A program made the translations under genes and the position numbers. A stretch of DNA of 64,000 nucleotides from a virus: IMG/VR virus record IMGVR_UViG_3300017917_000733, positions 1-64,000 of that record, one strand, 5' to 3'. Below are positions 18,102-31,300 of the stretch, one piece after another (the stretch's first letter is position 1; every line of letters begins with the position of its first letter). Under the pieces are notes generated by a model. That model ran no database searches. It was not told the origin of the DNA and saw nothing but the letters and a program-made list of their open reading frames with translations.

Positions 18102-21100
18102 ATGCCATATGATGATATAGTCCCAAGAGGTGCTACCAAAGGAAGTAAACCAGATGCAGGTGGTGCAGTATTACGCACGATGCCAGTGTTGGCGGTTGTC
18201 AAAGACAATATTGATCCTGTTCGTTCTGGTAGAATTCGTGTCTACGTGGGTGACTTTGGTGGACTAGACCCTAACGATAGTACAAACTGGGTAACTGTTT
18301 CATACATGACACCCTTTTATGGACGCACAACATCATCAGCACAAAAGACTGGTTACGGTGAGTTTGATAAAAACCCGCACAGCTATGGAGTCTGGAATAG
18401 CCCACCTGATATAGGCACTACTGTTATTTGTATTTTTATTAACGGTGATCCTAACTTTGGATATTATATAGGTTGTGTTCCTGAACCAGAAGCATTACAA
18501 ATGGTTCCTGCAATTGGTGGAACTGATTATGTGATTCCTAACGCAGGTGAAGCAAATAGTTTAGGCGGTGCAACTAGATTACCAGTAACAAACTTAAACA
18601 CAAACAACGACAATATTGCTGATAGCGCAAACTTTTTAAACGTACCAAAGCCAATTCATAGTTATGTTGCATCAACATTAATGCAACAGGGTTTAATTAA
18701 AGACCCTATTCGCGGTGTTATTGGTTCTAGCGCACAACGAGAAACACCTTCACGAGTTGGTTGGGGCGTCAGCACACCTGGTCGTCCTATATATGCAGGT
18801 GGTTATGACGAAAACAGTATCGCTAACGCAGCAAAATCAGGACAAGATATTTATGGATTGAATGTCCAAGCACGTAGAGGTGGTCACACATTCGTTATGG
18901 ATGACGGTGACATTTTAGGTAGAGACCAGCTAATACGTTTACGCACGGCATTGGGTCATCAAATATTAATGAGTGATGATGGACAAACATTATTCATCAT
19001 TCACGCAAATGGACAAAGTTATATTGAGTTGGGCAAAGAAGGTACAATAGATATGTACTCAACTAACTCAGTGAATATTAGAACACAGGGTGATTTAAAC
19101 TTACACGCCGATAACAATATTAATATCAACGCTAAAAAAGATTTAAACATCTTTGCGGAAAACATTACTACAAACGCTGATAAAGAAATGGCACAACGTG
19201 TAGGTGCAAACTTTTCAACATCTGTTACTGGAAACCACACTGTAAAGGTTGATGGTGGAATGAGTTTAGCAAGTGCAGGTGAAGCATCTGTTGCTAGTAA
19301 ATCCGTTACATTTATTAATGGGTCAAAGATTAATCTTAACACAGGTAGCACAGGTCTAGTACCACAAGAAGTAAAACCATTAACACAAGTGCCGCATACA
19401 GATACATTATACGATAATATTAAAGGTTGGAATGCTGCACCTGCCGCACTAAACAGTATTGTAAGTCGTGCACCTGCACATGCACCGTGGGTTGGGGCAA
19501 ACAAGGGAGTTGATGTAAAAGTATCAGGTAGTGCATCTGATGCGTTACCGGCGGCACCGAATCCTGCAGTACAATCAGCAAATACTCAAGCTAACAACAC
19601 ACCAACTACAACCCCACCTGTAACGCCTTCAGTTGCAGCAACTGTGCCCACAAACACAGCAATAAGTGCTGCTGTTGATAAGAACACTACAGCGGCAATA
19701 GTTGGACAAACAGCAGTCGCTGCTGCAACAGGTCCTGCTGCTGATGCTGTTAAAAAGGGTGCAGGAGTAGTTCAATCTGAAAACGGCCCAGTTGCAGCTA
19801 TTGGCAAAATGGCACAGTCACCAAAACAAATGGAAGACGCGCAATATCTAAAAGCTGGTTCATCAGCTAGGATTGATGCACTGATAGCTAGTGGCAAGTC
19901 AGTTGAAGAAGCAATTACACCTAACATGTTTACTGGTAAAGATGGTATCAATAACTTAGATGATTATATTAAAAGTAAAAACGCTCAAGTTTCCGCACAA
20001 GTTAATATATACCAACAAGCACAAACTAAGTTAGTACAGTCAGGTGTAATTACGGGAAGAGAATCAGGAACACAATTAGGCGGACTAATTATGTCTACTG
20101 CAACTCTTGGATTATCTAGCACAGTGAATTTTATAAAGAATTCTGCATCATCGGTGACAGGATTAGTTTCAGGTGCAGCTAATATTGTTTCAAAAACAGC
20201 AAACTCAGTATTGGGTTCTGTATCATCTATGATGAGTTTAGGTAATAAAGCAACTAACTTAGCTGCAGGTCCAATGAGTGGATTATCTTCTTTGACTACT
20301 AGCATAACGGCACTGGCTAAAAATGCTACCTCCGGCGTCACTGGTTTGTTTGATGTAACTAAAGGTTTAGCAGCATCTGCATATAGCTCAATTGTTGCAA
20401 GTCTTCCAAAACTTAAAGCTAATGAACCCAACAATGTAAAAGATATCGCTGAACAAGCTGCTGAAAAGGCACAAGCAACAGGAACAAACACTGCACAAAA
20501 AGGTCTATTAGATTCATTGTCAGGCACTGCAACTAGATTGGTAAGTGGCACAGTTGGTGCAATTACCAATGTTGTAAAAACTGCTGCAACGTCAGTCACA
20601 ACAACTGTTGGTAATATCGTAGCTGCTACTAAAACAATGGCAGGATCAGCAACAGGGCTTTCAATGCTTCCAGGATCTGATAAGGCTGTCGCTACGGTAG
20701 TCAATAACGCTAATAATGTGTCTACTGTTATACCGGGTGCTGAATCAGTTAAGAACTTAATTAATACCGCAAATATACCGGGAGCATCATCTATTGCTGC
20801 ACCTGCAAATACACTTGGTACTAACGTATTGAATGCAACAAATAATATAGGTGGAAACTTAGCTAACAATTTACAGCAATTGAAAAACGGTTCTACATCA
20901 CTAACACAAATAGCATCAGCCGGGTTACCTGCAGCGGCAGCAGCAGAACTTAATGGGGCAATAAATTCATTAACAAAAAATAGTCCTATACCTATTAGGA
21001 TGCCAGTGTTCGCATCAAATACATTTAGTAGAGATGGAATCTCTACTCAAATGAGTTCGTTATTAGGTAGTAGCAAAATACCATTGCCAAATTATAAGGG

Positions 21101-21422
21101 CAATGATGCAACAAACGGAACTACTCCCGGTGAGTCTTTACTAGAAAAACAGACACAAACATTAAGTGAAATCGCTGCCCTCACTGATAAAAACTTTGAC
21201 TTGATTAAAACTGAACGTGACGCAAGGAATGCATTATCCGAGGCTAAAAAAACACTACCTCAAGGTTCACCTGAATTAGTAACATTAGAAAATGCCTATA
21301 AGTTAGCAAAAGAAGCAGTGGTTGCAAACGAAAAACAAATAGCTTCATTGAGACAGCGAGACAACACAATAGCTAGATCCACAAATAACACAGGAGATAC
21401 CACAGGCACAGAGTCTGTATAA
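18102..21422 (+). CDS. Baseplate central spike, gp5/VgrG-like, with long C-terminal extension
   Basis: N-terminal OB fold (VVKDNIDPVRSGRIRV; PPDIGTTVICIF), GHTFVMDDG, beta-helix repeats, then about 640 aa of extension. Confidence 0.8.
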   Translation: MPYDDIVPRGATKGSKPDAGGAVLRTMPVLAVVKDNIDPVRSGRIRVYVGDFGGLDPNDSTNWVTVSYMTPFYGRTTSSAQKTGYGEFDKNPHSYGVWNSPPDIGTTVICIFINGDPNFGYYIGCVPEPEALQMVPAIGGTDYVIPNAGEANSLGGATRLPVTNLNTNNDNIADSANFLNVPKPIHSYVASTLMQQGLIKDPIRGVIGSSAQRETPSRVGWGVSTPGRPIYAGGYDENSIANAAKSGQDIYGLNVQARRGGHTFVMDDGDILGRDQLIRLRTALGHQILMSDDGQTLFIIHANGQSYIELGKEGTIDMYSTNSVNIRTQGDLNLHADNNININAKKDLNIFAENITTNADKEMAQRVGANFSTSVTGNHTVKVDGGMSLASAGEASVASKSVTFINGSKINLNTGSTGLVPQEVKPLTQVPHTDTLYDNIKGWNAAPAALNSIVSRAPAHAPWVGANKGVDVKVSGSASDALPAAPNPAVQSANTQANNTPTTTPPVTPSVAATVPTNTAISAAVDKNTTAAIVGQTAVAAATGPAADAVKKGAGVVQSENGPVAAIGKMAQSPKQMEDAQYLKAGSSARIDALIASGKSVEEAITPNMFTGKDGINNLDDYIKSKNAQVSAQVNIYQQAQTKLVQSGVITGRESGTQLGGLIMSTATLGLSSTVNFIKNSASSVTGLVSGAANIVSKTANSVLGSVSSMMSLGNKATNLAAGPMSGLSSLTTSITALAKNATSGVTGLFDVTKGLAASAYSSIVASLPKLKANEPNNVKDIAEQAAEKAQATGTNTAQKGLLDSLSGTATRLVSGTVGAITNVVKTAATSVTTTVGNIVAATKTMAGSATGLSMLPGSDKAVATVVNNANNVSTVIPGAESVKNLINTANIPGASSIAAPANTLGTNVLNATNNIGGNLANNLQQLKNGSTSLTQIASAGLPAAAAAELNGAINSLTKNSPIPIRMPVFASNTFSRDGISTQMSSLLGSSKIPLPNYKGNDATNGTTPGESLLEKQTQTLSEIAALTDKNFDLIKTERDARNALSEAKKTLPQGSPELVTLENAYKLAKEAVVANEKQIASLRQRDNTIARSTNNTGDTTGTESV

Positions 21423-21424
21423 CG

Positions 21425-21432
21425 TATAAATA
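21425..21432 (+). promoter_or_regulatory. T4-type late promoter TATAAATA
   Basis: Exact consensus, 5 nt before ATG 21438. Confidence 0.7.
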
Positions 21433-21437
21433 ACATT

Positions 21438-21887
21438 ATGCCTACATATATTGGATTCAGCACTAAAAATGCAAACAAGCCCAGAACCACAAACGCACAA
21501 ACAGGCGTAGACGGTGGTACAGGATCAACTGTAAACCCTATAAATTTTGGTAAAAAGTATAGATTGGTTGATGAAGCATTGGTCATACAGGACTTTATCA
21601 ATGCGTTGAATATTCCTCAAGGACAAAAAGTAGGTAAACCGGGTTACGGTACAACGCTTTGGTCTTTTGTCTTTGAGCCTAATACTGCGGATGTACAGTT
21701 CCAACTACAAGACGAAATACGTAGAGTCGCTAGTCAAGATCCTAGACTTATTGTTAATCTTGTTAAAGCATATCCTAAAGAGAACGGAATTTTAATAGAG
21801 ATTGAATTAGCTATAGCTCCCTTCAACAATGCTCAAATATTAAACGTTTTCTTTGATAACGCAACGAACTCAGCTAGAGTTCAATAA
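21438..21887 (+). CDS. gp25: Baseplate wedge subunit, gp25-like
   Basis: NALNIPQGQKVGKPGYGTTLWSFVFEP and DPRL motifs. Confidence 0.88.
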   Translation: MPTYIGFSTKNANKPRTTNAQTGVDGGTGSTVNPINFGKKYRLVDEALVIQDFINALNIPQGQKVGKPGYGTTLWSFVFEPNTADVQFQLQDEIRRVASQDPRLIVNLVKAYPKENGILIEIELAIAPFNNAQILNVFFDNATNSARVQ

Positions 21888-21937
21888 TCCCAAAATCCGT
21901 GTTTTTGTTTATGATAAATACATAAAAGAGAACACAT

Positions 21938-24900
21938 ATGGCTACAAGTTCAAGACAATCAGCAATCTTTGGGGTAAACGACTGGAAAGCGATTTACCAA
22001 ACATTCCGTGAAGCGGACTTTAGAAGCTACGATTATGAAACCTTACGCAAGAGTTTCATTGATTATCTACGTGCTTACTATCCCGAAACATTTAACGACT
22101 ATATCGAGTCAAGCGAATTTATCGCCCTACTCGACATTATAGCTTTTATGGGTCAAGGTCTTGCTTTCCGTAATGATTTAAATACCCGCGAAAACTTCAT
22201 CGATACTGCTGAACGCCGTGATAGTGTTGTCAAACTAGCAAACTTGGTTAGCTACACACCTAAGCGTAATATCGCTGCACAGGGTTATATCAAAGTAACA
22301 AGCATTCAAACTACAGAAGATATCACTGATATCAATGGTTTCAATTTGAGCAACATTCCTGTATTATGGAATGACCCTGCTAACCCAAACTGGTTAAACC
22401 AATACAACACAATTATCAATGCTACACTAATTAATAGTCAACGTATTGGTCGTCCTGGTAACACAGCACAGATTTTAGATGTTAAAACAGACGAATATTC
22501 TATCAATATTCCACCAAACACATTGCCTGTCGTTCCATTCAGTAGTGTAGTTGACAACCAAACAATGAACTTTGAGTTGGTAAGTGGTACTAGCTTGAAT
22601 GAAGACTATGTATATGAAATTCCTCCTGCACCATCAGGAACTTTCAATATTTTATATCGTAATGACAAGTTAGGTTACGGTAGCCCAAATACTGGTTACT
22701 TCTTCTATTTCAAACAAGGCTCATTACAGAGTTACGATTTTAACCTACAACAGCAAATTGCTAACCAAGTTGTAGATATTGACATTCAAGGTATCAACAA
22801 CACAGATACTTGGTTATATCAGTTGAATAATAACAACACAACAAACGTAACAAGAACACTTTGGAAATTAGTTGAGAATGTTTATGCCGATGCATTTTTA
22901 CAAACAGAAACCAGCGCACGTAGAATTTTCTCTGTTACCTCACGTTTCAATGACCAAGTAAGTTATGTTTTTGGTGACGGTGTTTTCAGTGAAATACCTG
23001 TTGGAACTTTCAGAGCATATGTTCGTGCAGGCAACGCATTAACATATACTATTGACCCTTCAGAAATGCAGGGTATCAGCGTAACAATTAATTATATTAG
23101 TCGTGCAGGAAGAACAGAGGCATTGACATTGGGATTAGAATTACAACTACCAGTATCTAATGCACAAGCACGTGAAACACTTGCCAATATTAAGCAACGT
23201 GCTCCTGCTCGTTATTACACACAGAATCGTATGGTTAATGGTGAAGATTACAACAATTTCCCATATACATTATACAGTTCTATCATCAAATCAAAAGCTA
23301 TCAATCGTAGTAGCATCGGTGTTTCTAAAAACTTAGATTTGTTAGATCCAACAGGAAAGTATTCAAGCATAAACAGTTTTGCAAATGATGGTGGGTTATA
23401 CCAAAATAGCAATAATGGCGCAACAATATTAACAATTAATAATCGTAGTGATATCATTACTTTCTTGACCGATACGCTTAGTGGTATATTGGATGAAACA
23501 CGTACCTATCAATATTATCTGCAAAACTTTACCAGATATGCAGCAACAAGTCCTGATGGTTTAGTATATTGGAATGAATCGACTGTTGATGCAAATAGTG
23601 TTACTGGTTATTTTTATAACTTGTCAGGCTCTATAACAACACCTTTACCAACTGGTACGTTCTCAACATATACGTTAAAGTATATTACTAAAGGTGCAAT
23701 GCTTAAATTTGTAGCACCTACTGGTTATTACTTTGATGCTAATAATAGATTAGTGTCAGGTATTCCTTCTCCTGCTGACAAAACATATTTTTGGACTACT
23801 GTATTAAATGTAGTAGGTGATGGTTACAACAATGGTGAAGGACAGTTCAGTAATGGCGTAGGTCCAATAACATTAAATGGATTCGTAACAGCTGGTTGTG
23901 TTCTTTCTACAATCATACCTGCATTTGATAACACGTTGCCCACAACAGTAAGAGATGAATGCGTAACTAAAATGGATTTGAATCAAGACTTTTCATTAGT
24001 CTTTAACAATTCATTAACAGTTGCACAAGACCGCTGGTCAGTAGAAATCTATGACGCTAATAATTGGTTTGTTAATTTCAACAGTACTGGTAATAATACG
24101 TATGAGATAACATATCGTTCATTAGCTTATTTCTTTGGAAGTGTTGCTGATACCAGATTCACATTTGACGGATCTAAATTAGTATATGATCCGTTTACTG
24201 GCATAGTTTTACAAGACCATGTAAAAGTCTTAGCAACAAATACACAATACAATTCAAACTATCCACTAAGTGGCCCAGTAACTATGAGTGTTATTGGGCA
24301 AACAGTTGAAAGTGATGGATACGTCAATGACTTTGAAGTTGAGGTTGCTAGTATTGATGTAAATGATAGAACAATTGTATCTAACCCAGATTTCTTCAAT
24401 GAAGTTACAGGATATGTTTCTGGTGAATCAAACATTGGAATCTATACATTCTTTGAATTAATTGAAGACGCTGTAAATTTAGCTAGATATCAATTGATTG
24501 AATCTTCACAAGTAGTGTACGCATACGCCACCCAGAATCAGATTCAAGTTGTAAAATATGAATATCCCGTAGGACAATTGTTCTACGCATACGGAGAGAA
24601 TAAATTCTATAAGACGGTACAAGATACAACAACTACTGTGCAGAATTATTTGTTACCAGAGCAAACAAATTATTTAATGGCACCTGGTCGCCAAGGATTG
24701 CAGTTCCAATATCGTCATAACAGTAACAATACAACACGTATTGATCCTGCTACAACTAATATTATTGATTTGTATTTGGTTACACAATCTTACTATACAG
24801 CGTATCAAAATTGGATTCAGGATACTACTGATACTATTCCTGAACCAGATAGACCTACAATTAATGAATTAAATCAAGCATATGGTACACTACAGGATTA

Positions 24901-25312
24901 CAAGATGTTAAGTGACAGTGTAATTCCAAATAGCGTAGTGTTCAAACCATTGTTTGGTGATAAAGCTGCACCTGCACTTAGAGGTACAGTTAAAGTAATT
25001 AAATCTCCTAATACTAATGCAAGTAATAGTGAGATTCGTAGTGCTGTATTAACAGCAATGAATAGTTATTTCAGTATCAACAACTGGAACTTTGGAGATA
25101 CATTCTATTTCTCTGAGTTGACTGCATACTTGCATGACCAATTAGGAGAATTAATTAGTTCAGTTGTTTTAGTTCCCAATGATCCAACACAATCATTTGG
25201 TGATCTATATGAAATAAAAGCTGCCCCATACGAAATTTTTGTTAATGGTGCAACAGCTAACAACGTAGTAGTAATTGCGGCTCTTACACCCGCCGAATTA
25301 CAAATGAGATAA
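21938..25312 (+). CDS. gp6: Baseplate wedge subunit, gp6-like
   Basis: DYETLRKSFIDYL, ENFIDTAERRDSVVKLA, FGDGVF, and ETLANIKQRAPARYYTQNRMVNGEDY. ATAAATA at 21914-21920. Confidence 0.85.
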   Translation: MATSSRQSAIFGVNDWKAIYQTFREADFRSYDYETLRKSFIDYLRAYYPETFNDYIESSEFIALLDIIAFMGQGLAFRNDLNTRENFIDTAERRDSVVKLANLVSYTPKRNIAAQGYIKVTSIQTTEDITDINGFNLSNIPVLWNDPANPNWLNQYNTIINATLINSQRIGRPGNTAQILDVKTDEYSINIPPNTLPVVPFSSVVDNQTMNFELVSGTSLNEDYVYEIPPAPSGTFNILYRNDKLGYGSPNTGYFFYFKQGSLQSYDFNLQQQIANQVVDIDIQGINNTDTWLYQLNNNNTTNVTRTLWKLVENVYADAFLQTETSARRIFSVTSRFNDQVSYVFGDGVFSEIPVGTFRAYVRAGNALTYTIDPSEMQGISVTINYISRAGRTEALTLGLELQLPVSNAQARETLANIKQRAPARYYTQNRMVNGEDYNNFPYTLYSSIIKSKAINRSSIGVSKNLDLLDPTGKYSSINSFANDGGLYQNSNNGATILTINNRSDIITFLTDTLSGILDETRTYQYYLQNFTRYAATSPDGLVYWNESTVDANSVTGYFYNLSGSITTPLPTGTFSTYTLKYITKGAMLKFVAPTGYYFDANNRLVSGIPSPADKTYFWTTVLNVVGDGYNNGEGQFSNGVGPITLNGFVTAGCVLSTIIPAFDNTLPTTVRDECVTKMDLNQDFSLVFNNSLTVAQDRWSVEIYDANNWFVNFNSTGNNTYEITYRSLAYFFGSVADTRFTFDGSKLVYDPFTGIVLQDHVKVLATNTQYNSNYPLSGPVTMSVIGQTVESDGYVNDFEVEVASIDVNDRTIVSNPDFFNEVTGYVSGESNIGIYTFFELIEDAVNLARYQLIESSQVVYAYATQNQIQVVKYEYPVGQLFYAYGENKFYKTVQDTTTTVQNYLLPEQTNYLMAPGRQGLQFQYRHNSNNTTRIDPATTNIIDLYLVTQSYYTAYQNWIQDTTDTIPEPDRPTINELNQAYGTLQDYKMLSDSVIPNSVVFKPLFGDKAAPALRGTVKVIKSPNTNASNSEIRSAVLTAMNSYFSINNWNFGDTFYFSELTAYLHDQLGELISSVVLVPNDPTQSFGDLYEIKAAPYEIFVNGATANNVVVIAALTPAELQMR

Positions 25313-25340
25313 GTAATATAATAACTTAGAGAAAAACAAG

Positions 25341-28300
25341 ATGGTAACACGCATTCGAACACTAAATTTTCTACCAGACATTTTTAAAACTACAACTAAC
25401 TCGCAGTTTTTAAATGCAACGTTAGATCAGATAGTACAGCAACCTAATACTAGAAAAATTGAAGGTTATATAGGTAGCAAATTTGGTTATGGTGTAAACG
25501 CAACAAACAAATATGTAGTTGAACCAAATAAAACAAGAACAGATTACCAATTAGATCCAGGCGTTGTCTTTTTAAAGAAAGATACTGGATTCGCACAAGA
25601 CTTTATCAGTTATCCTGGAATCATTGATGCTCTTAATCTTGCAGGTGGAGTTACCAATGATAACAGTAGAATGTTTGAAAGCCAATTCTATTCATGGGAT
25701 AGCTTTACAAACTTAGATAAAATAATTAACTTCAATCAATATTACTGGGTACCAGAAGGACCCGAAGCTGTCACAGTCTCTACAGGAATTGTTTATAAAG
25801 ACGAAAATTATGTCGTAACTGATACCCCTAACGGTTATTTAATTTCTGCTGAAGGATCATCCCTCTCTACTACAAACCCATACCTAACATTATTACGTGG
25901 TGGTACATACACGTTCACAGTGGACCAAAATACACAGTTTTGGATACAAGGTGTTCCTGGTGTAACTGGCTTTGACCCAGCACAAGTTAATGTACAAACT
26001 CGTGACGTTTTAGGTGTTGAAAATAACGGTGCTACTCAAGGCGTAATTACTTTTACTGTCCCCGAAAAAGATGCACAAAATGAATATGATGTACCTGGCA
26101 ATAACTCAGTTGATATTGTAACAACATTGCCGTTTGCTCAAGTCAATGGCGCTCTTATATCTGCGATTAATGGTCTTGACGGCATCACTTCATTAGATGG
26201 ATTAACGTTAATGTTCTATGACACAGGGGTTGAAAATGAACAAGGATTCATTCAACCTGTTTCTGGTCCTGGATATTATACCGATGTTGCTGCTACTTTT
26301 TATCAGATAACAGTTGACAACGGTCAAATAATACTAAGCGATTATGCTCCGATTCCTACGGGAGAAAAAATTACAGCTAAGTACGGTACTCAGTGGATCG
26401 GTAGAAGTTTCTTTAGAAATACGTTTGGGCAGATTACTTTAATTCCTTACTTGAGTGCAGTTTTAGATACACTCTACTATCAAGATGGTTCTTCTGAAAA
26501 CAAAGTAGGTCAATTACGTTTAATTGAAGCAAACGCAACTGATAGAATCAATATAATCGAAAATATTCTAGGAAGAAAAAATTATACTTCACCAAATGGA
26601 GTTGTTTTTACAAATGGTTTAAAAATTATTTTTGACGGTAATATATATCCAACATCTTATGAAAATACTGAATACTATGTTGAAGGTGTAGGTACAGCTA
26701 TAACGTTAATTCCAGTAGATGAAACTTTAGTACCGGAACCATTTACATTTGGATCATATATTCCTTATGACACGTTAAATTATGATATTGGAAACTATGA
26801 TGTTGGTTTATATGTACCAGTAACACCCGATTACATAACAATTGCTAGAAATGCAATTAATAAGAATGCGTGGAGTCGCAGTAATCGTTGGTTCCACATT
26901 GATGTTTTGAATGCTACAGCAGCATATAACAATAATCCTGATTTATTAAGTTTGTATACAACTAATGACAATAAAGCAAAAAGACCTATTATCGAGTTTT
27001 ATCCAAACCTAAGATTGTTTAACTCCGGTATAGTGGGTAAAGCACCAGTCAACTTTATTGACCAAAGAACAACTGATGCATTTACATATGTTGCAGGCCA
27101 AGAGAATTACTACCCTGATGTTCAAGTGTACACTGCCTACACTGCAACTATCAATGCGGCATCTGGATCAATAATTACTACAGCAACAGCTACTACCGCG
27201 AACCCAAATAACGCTATCGTTTGTACTAGTACTGCTGGATTTAGAAAAAATGATAAGGTTACATTTACTGGTACTACTTTTGGTGGAATAACAGCTAGCA
27301 CAACATATTATATTGAAAGTGTTGTAGATTCTACATCTTTCACTATAACTACCGAACAGAACGGTGACGTATTAGTACTCACTGCTGGTTCTGGTACAAT
27401 GACAGTTACCGTAAATCCTTTAACCACAACAATTGATGTTGCTACAAGCGATATTACCGGAACACTTCAAGTTGGACAATACGTAGTTGATAGTACAAAC
27501 TTGCTACCAATAAATTCTCGCATTCAAAGTATTTCATCAACAAGCGGAACAACTACTATTGTTGTATATTGGGATGATGTTCAATCTGTATCAGGAACAA
27601 CTGTTGCATCCATTATAGCCAATGATATAAACAATGATAACTATCAATTATTCGACGGTGCTAGGATCGTTTTTACTGAAGACACTAATCCTGAAGTAAG
27701 AAATAAAGTATATGTAGCACATTTTGCAACTCCAGTAACTGGTGGCGACACAGTTATCACATTGACTCTTGCTGATGATGCTACTGTATTACCCTACGAA
27801 CAGGTGGTGGCATACAGCGGTTACAATAATTTAGGAAAAACATTTTACTTTGATGGTACTCAGTGGATACAAGCACAACAAAAAAATACAGTTAACCAAC
27901 CACCGTTGTTCGATGTGTTTGACAAAGATGGTATAAGTTTTGGTAATGAAACTGTATATCAAGGTACTAGCTTTACTGGTAATAAATTATTTGCTTACGG
28001 TATAGGTTCTGGTATAGAAGATATATATCTAGGATTTCCGTTAAGATACAGTTCAGTCGATAATGTAGGTGATATTAGCTTTGATGTATCGTTAAACCTA
28101 GACACATTTAATTATGTAAACACTTTAACTAACTCTCCTGTAACTAAAAAGGTAAACACAGGATATGTTTACAACTATACTGACATAGCAACGTATGACA
28201 GAATGCTTGGATGGCAAACAGCAATTGGACCTAGTGTTCAATATCAGCTATTTGAATTCAATTACTATGCTAGCAATCCAGTAACAAGTTATACATGTGA

Positions 28301-31300
28301 TATATCCATGTTGAACTCTACTGATAGTCCATGGCCAACTATTCAAGTATTTGTCAACAACGTTTTGCAGCCTAGAACAAGTTACACAACAACAGTAACA
28401 CCTAATTCTACTATTGTTAACTTTACAGTTCCTGAACCGTTGATTGATACTGTAGTTGAAGTTGCATTACTAAGTAATCAAGTTAGCAAAATAGGTTTTT
28501 ATGGAATACCAATTAATTTAAACAATAATCCATTAAACCAAGATTTGTCAGTTGTCAATATAGGTGATATTCGCGGCCAGTATCAAAGCATATATTACAA
28601 CAATCCTAATACTGTAGGTAATGTGTTTGGTCCAAATAACTATCGTGATTTGGGTGATGTAGTTCCTTATGGAACTAGAATAATTCAGAACAGCGCAAGT
28701 CTAGTTTTACCCGGTACTTTCCTAAGACAACAGAATCATAATTTATTTGATGCGTTGATGTTCAACAGCAAAGAATATATTAATTTCAAAACACTATTGG
28801 TAAGCACAGTAAACAACACTGATTACAACGTTTATCAAACGCCTGCGTTCATGTTAGATGATGCGCTAGACCAAATTACAGCAAACAAAACTGACGGTGA
28901 TCCCTTCTTCTGGTCAGACATGCTACCTGGTAAGTCAGCATACATCACAAATACATATAGCTTTGCCAACGCATTAGATATTAGCATCTATCCGTTAAGT
29001 AAAATTTATAATTTTAACACCGCAAACTACAATGGTGTATTGGTCTATCTAACACGTAACAACATAATAACACAATTGATTAATAATGTTGATTACACTG
29101 TAAGTGTTGACGCTCCTTCACTCACGGTGACATTAGATTTGTTACCTAATGACCAAATTACTATTAAAGAATACAATCAAACATATGGTTCATATGTACC
29201 TAACACCCCAACCAAGTTAGGACTATATCCATCTACTATTCCTAGCGTTGTTTTAGATTCTAACTATAACCAGCCTACATATTTTATAGTAGGACATGAT
29301 GGATCATATAACAAATTATATGGTGATTATGTTAATGGTCAACTAGTTGACTTTAGAGATAAGGTTTTACTAGAGTTTGAAACTAGAATTTACAACAACT
29401 TAAAATTAGGTGATACTTTACCTATAAGTGAGTATGACATACTACCTGGTTTCTTCAGAGATACAGACTATTCATACGATGAAATTCTTGAAATTTATTC
29501 ATCCAATTTCTTGAATTGGGTTGGTCAAAATAGAATTGATTACAAGACACAATATTATAATGCAAATAACGAATATACTTACAACTATAACCGTAGTGGT
29601 AACAAGATAAACAATGAGCCTATACCACAGGGTTATTGGAGAGGTATATATCAATATTTCTACGATACAGCAAATCCAGACACCATGCCATGGCAAATGA
29701 TTGGCTTTACAGACAAGCCAACCTGGTGGGAAACACGCTACGGTCCTGCACCATATACAAGTGACAACTTAGTATTGTGGGGAGATTTAGCACAAGGTAT
29801 TAACTGGAACAATGGAAACCCAGTCACATTATCTCAGTTTGTAAGACCAGAATTGTTACAAGTTTTACCTGTAGATAGCAACGGTGACTTAGTTTCTCCG
29901 TTCGTCGCTATAGTTAGAAACTACACAAGCCAAACATTCATGCGTGATTGGAAAGTGGGCGATGTAGGACCTGCTGAATTCAGCTATCGTCGTAGTAGCA
30001 CATGGCCATTTGACTTAATGAAAATAATGGCTTTAACTAAGCCTGCACAATTCTTCAATTTGGGCGTTGACTTAGACAACTATAGATACAACAGCGAATT
30101 TAACCAATACTTAGTAAATGATAGAAGTCATTTGATTATCAGCGATGTTGAAATCTATGGTAATGGTACAGCAAAGACAAGTTATATTAACTGGATTGTT
30201 GACTATGAAAAACAAGTTGGTATTGATGCAACGACAAACATTACTGATTTGCTAGACAACTTAGATGTTCGTTTAGTATATCGCCTAGCTGGATTCTCAG
30301 ACAAGAATCTATTAAAGTTCTATGTTGAAAAGGGTACACCAAACAGTAATAATGCAAGCCTGTTGATCCCTGACGAAAGTTATAGCGTATTATTATATGA
30401 TAATCCACCGTTTGACCGTATCATTTATTCCGGTGTAATCATTCAAATTAGCAATGACGGTTACTTTAAAGTATATGGCAACAGCCAAACTAATGCGTAC
30501 TTCAAAGTACTAAAGCCAAAAATTAATGGTAACTATGAAACAGTAACAGTAGACAACTACAGTGTTAAATTGCCTAACGATTACTCCGATATAGAAGAAG
30601 TAATTGCATACGGAACTACATTATATAGTATCCAAGAAGTTGCAACTTTCTTAAAGAGCTATGGAAAATATTTACAAAGTCAAGGTGTATTGTTTGAGCA
30701 AGTAGAAGTTGGTATGCCGATAACTTGGGAGCAAATGGTTGCTGAATTCTTGTACTGGGCACAAAGCGGCTGGGATATCGGTAGCATAATCAATATTAAC
30801 CCTGCAGCCAAATTGATTGCAATTGACAAAGTTGATAGTGTTGTGCAACCATTGACATTACAACGTCAAAACTTTATCTTAAATCAAAACTTGTATCCAA
30901 TACAATCAGTAGATTTAAGTGTTGTTCGTGATGGCACAGCATTTACTGCACAACCATTAAATCAAGGTGATACTGTTGCATATGGTCAATTTAATATGTA
31001 CAGTTTCGAACACGGTATTGTATTTGATAACGTTACATTATTTGATGATATCATCTACAATTTAGTTACCGGATTACGTCAGAACCGCATTTATGTTCGT
31101 GGAACAAAAACTGCTGAGTGGAACGGCACAATTGATGCACAAGGTTTCATCTTAAATCAAGACAACATTATTGAATGGAGCCCTGTAACTAAGTATACGA
31201 CTGGTTCTATCGTAACATACAAAAACAAATATTGGATTGCTACAAAGATAATTCAACCCGCAATGGTTTTCCAAGAAAGAGATTGGAAAGAAACAGACTA

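Noticed and set aside
19985-20869. 294-aa antisense ORF, and the many other short opposite-strand ORFs in the track
   Set aside because: They shadow well-supported genes on the other strand, arise from codon bias in Ala/Thr/Ser-rich regions, and have no motifs or expression signals.
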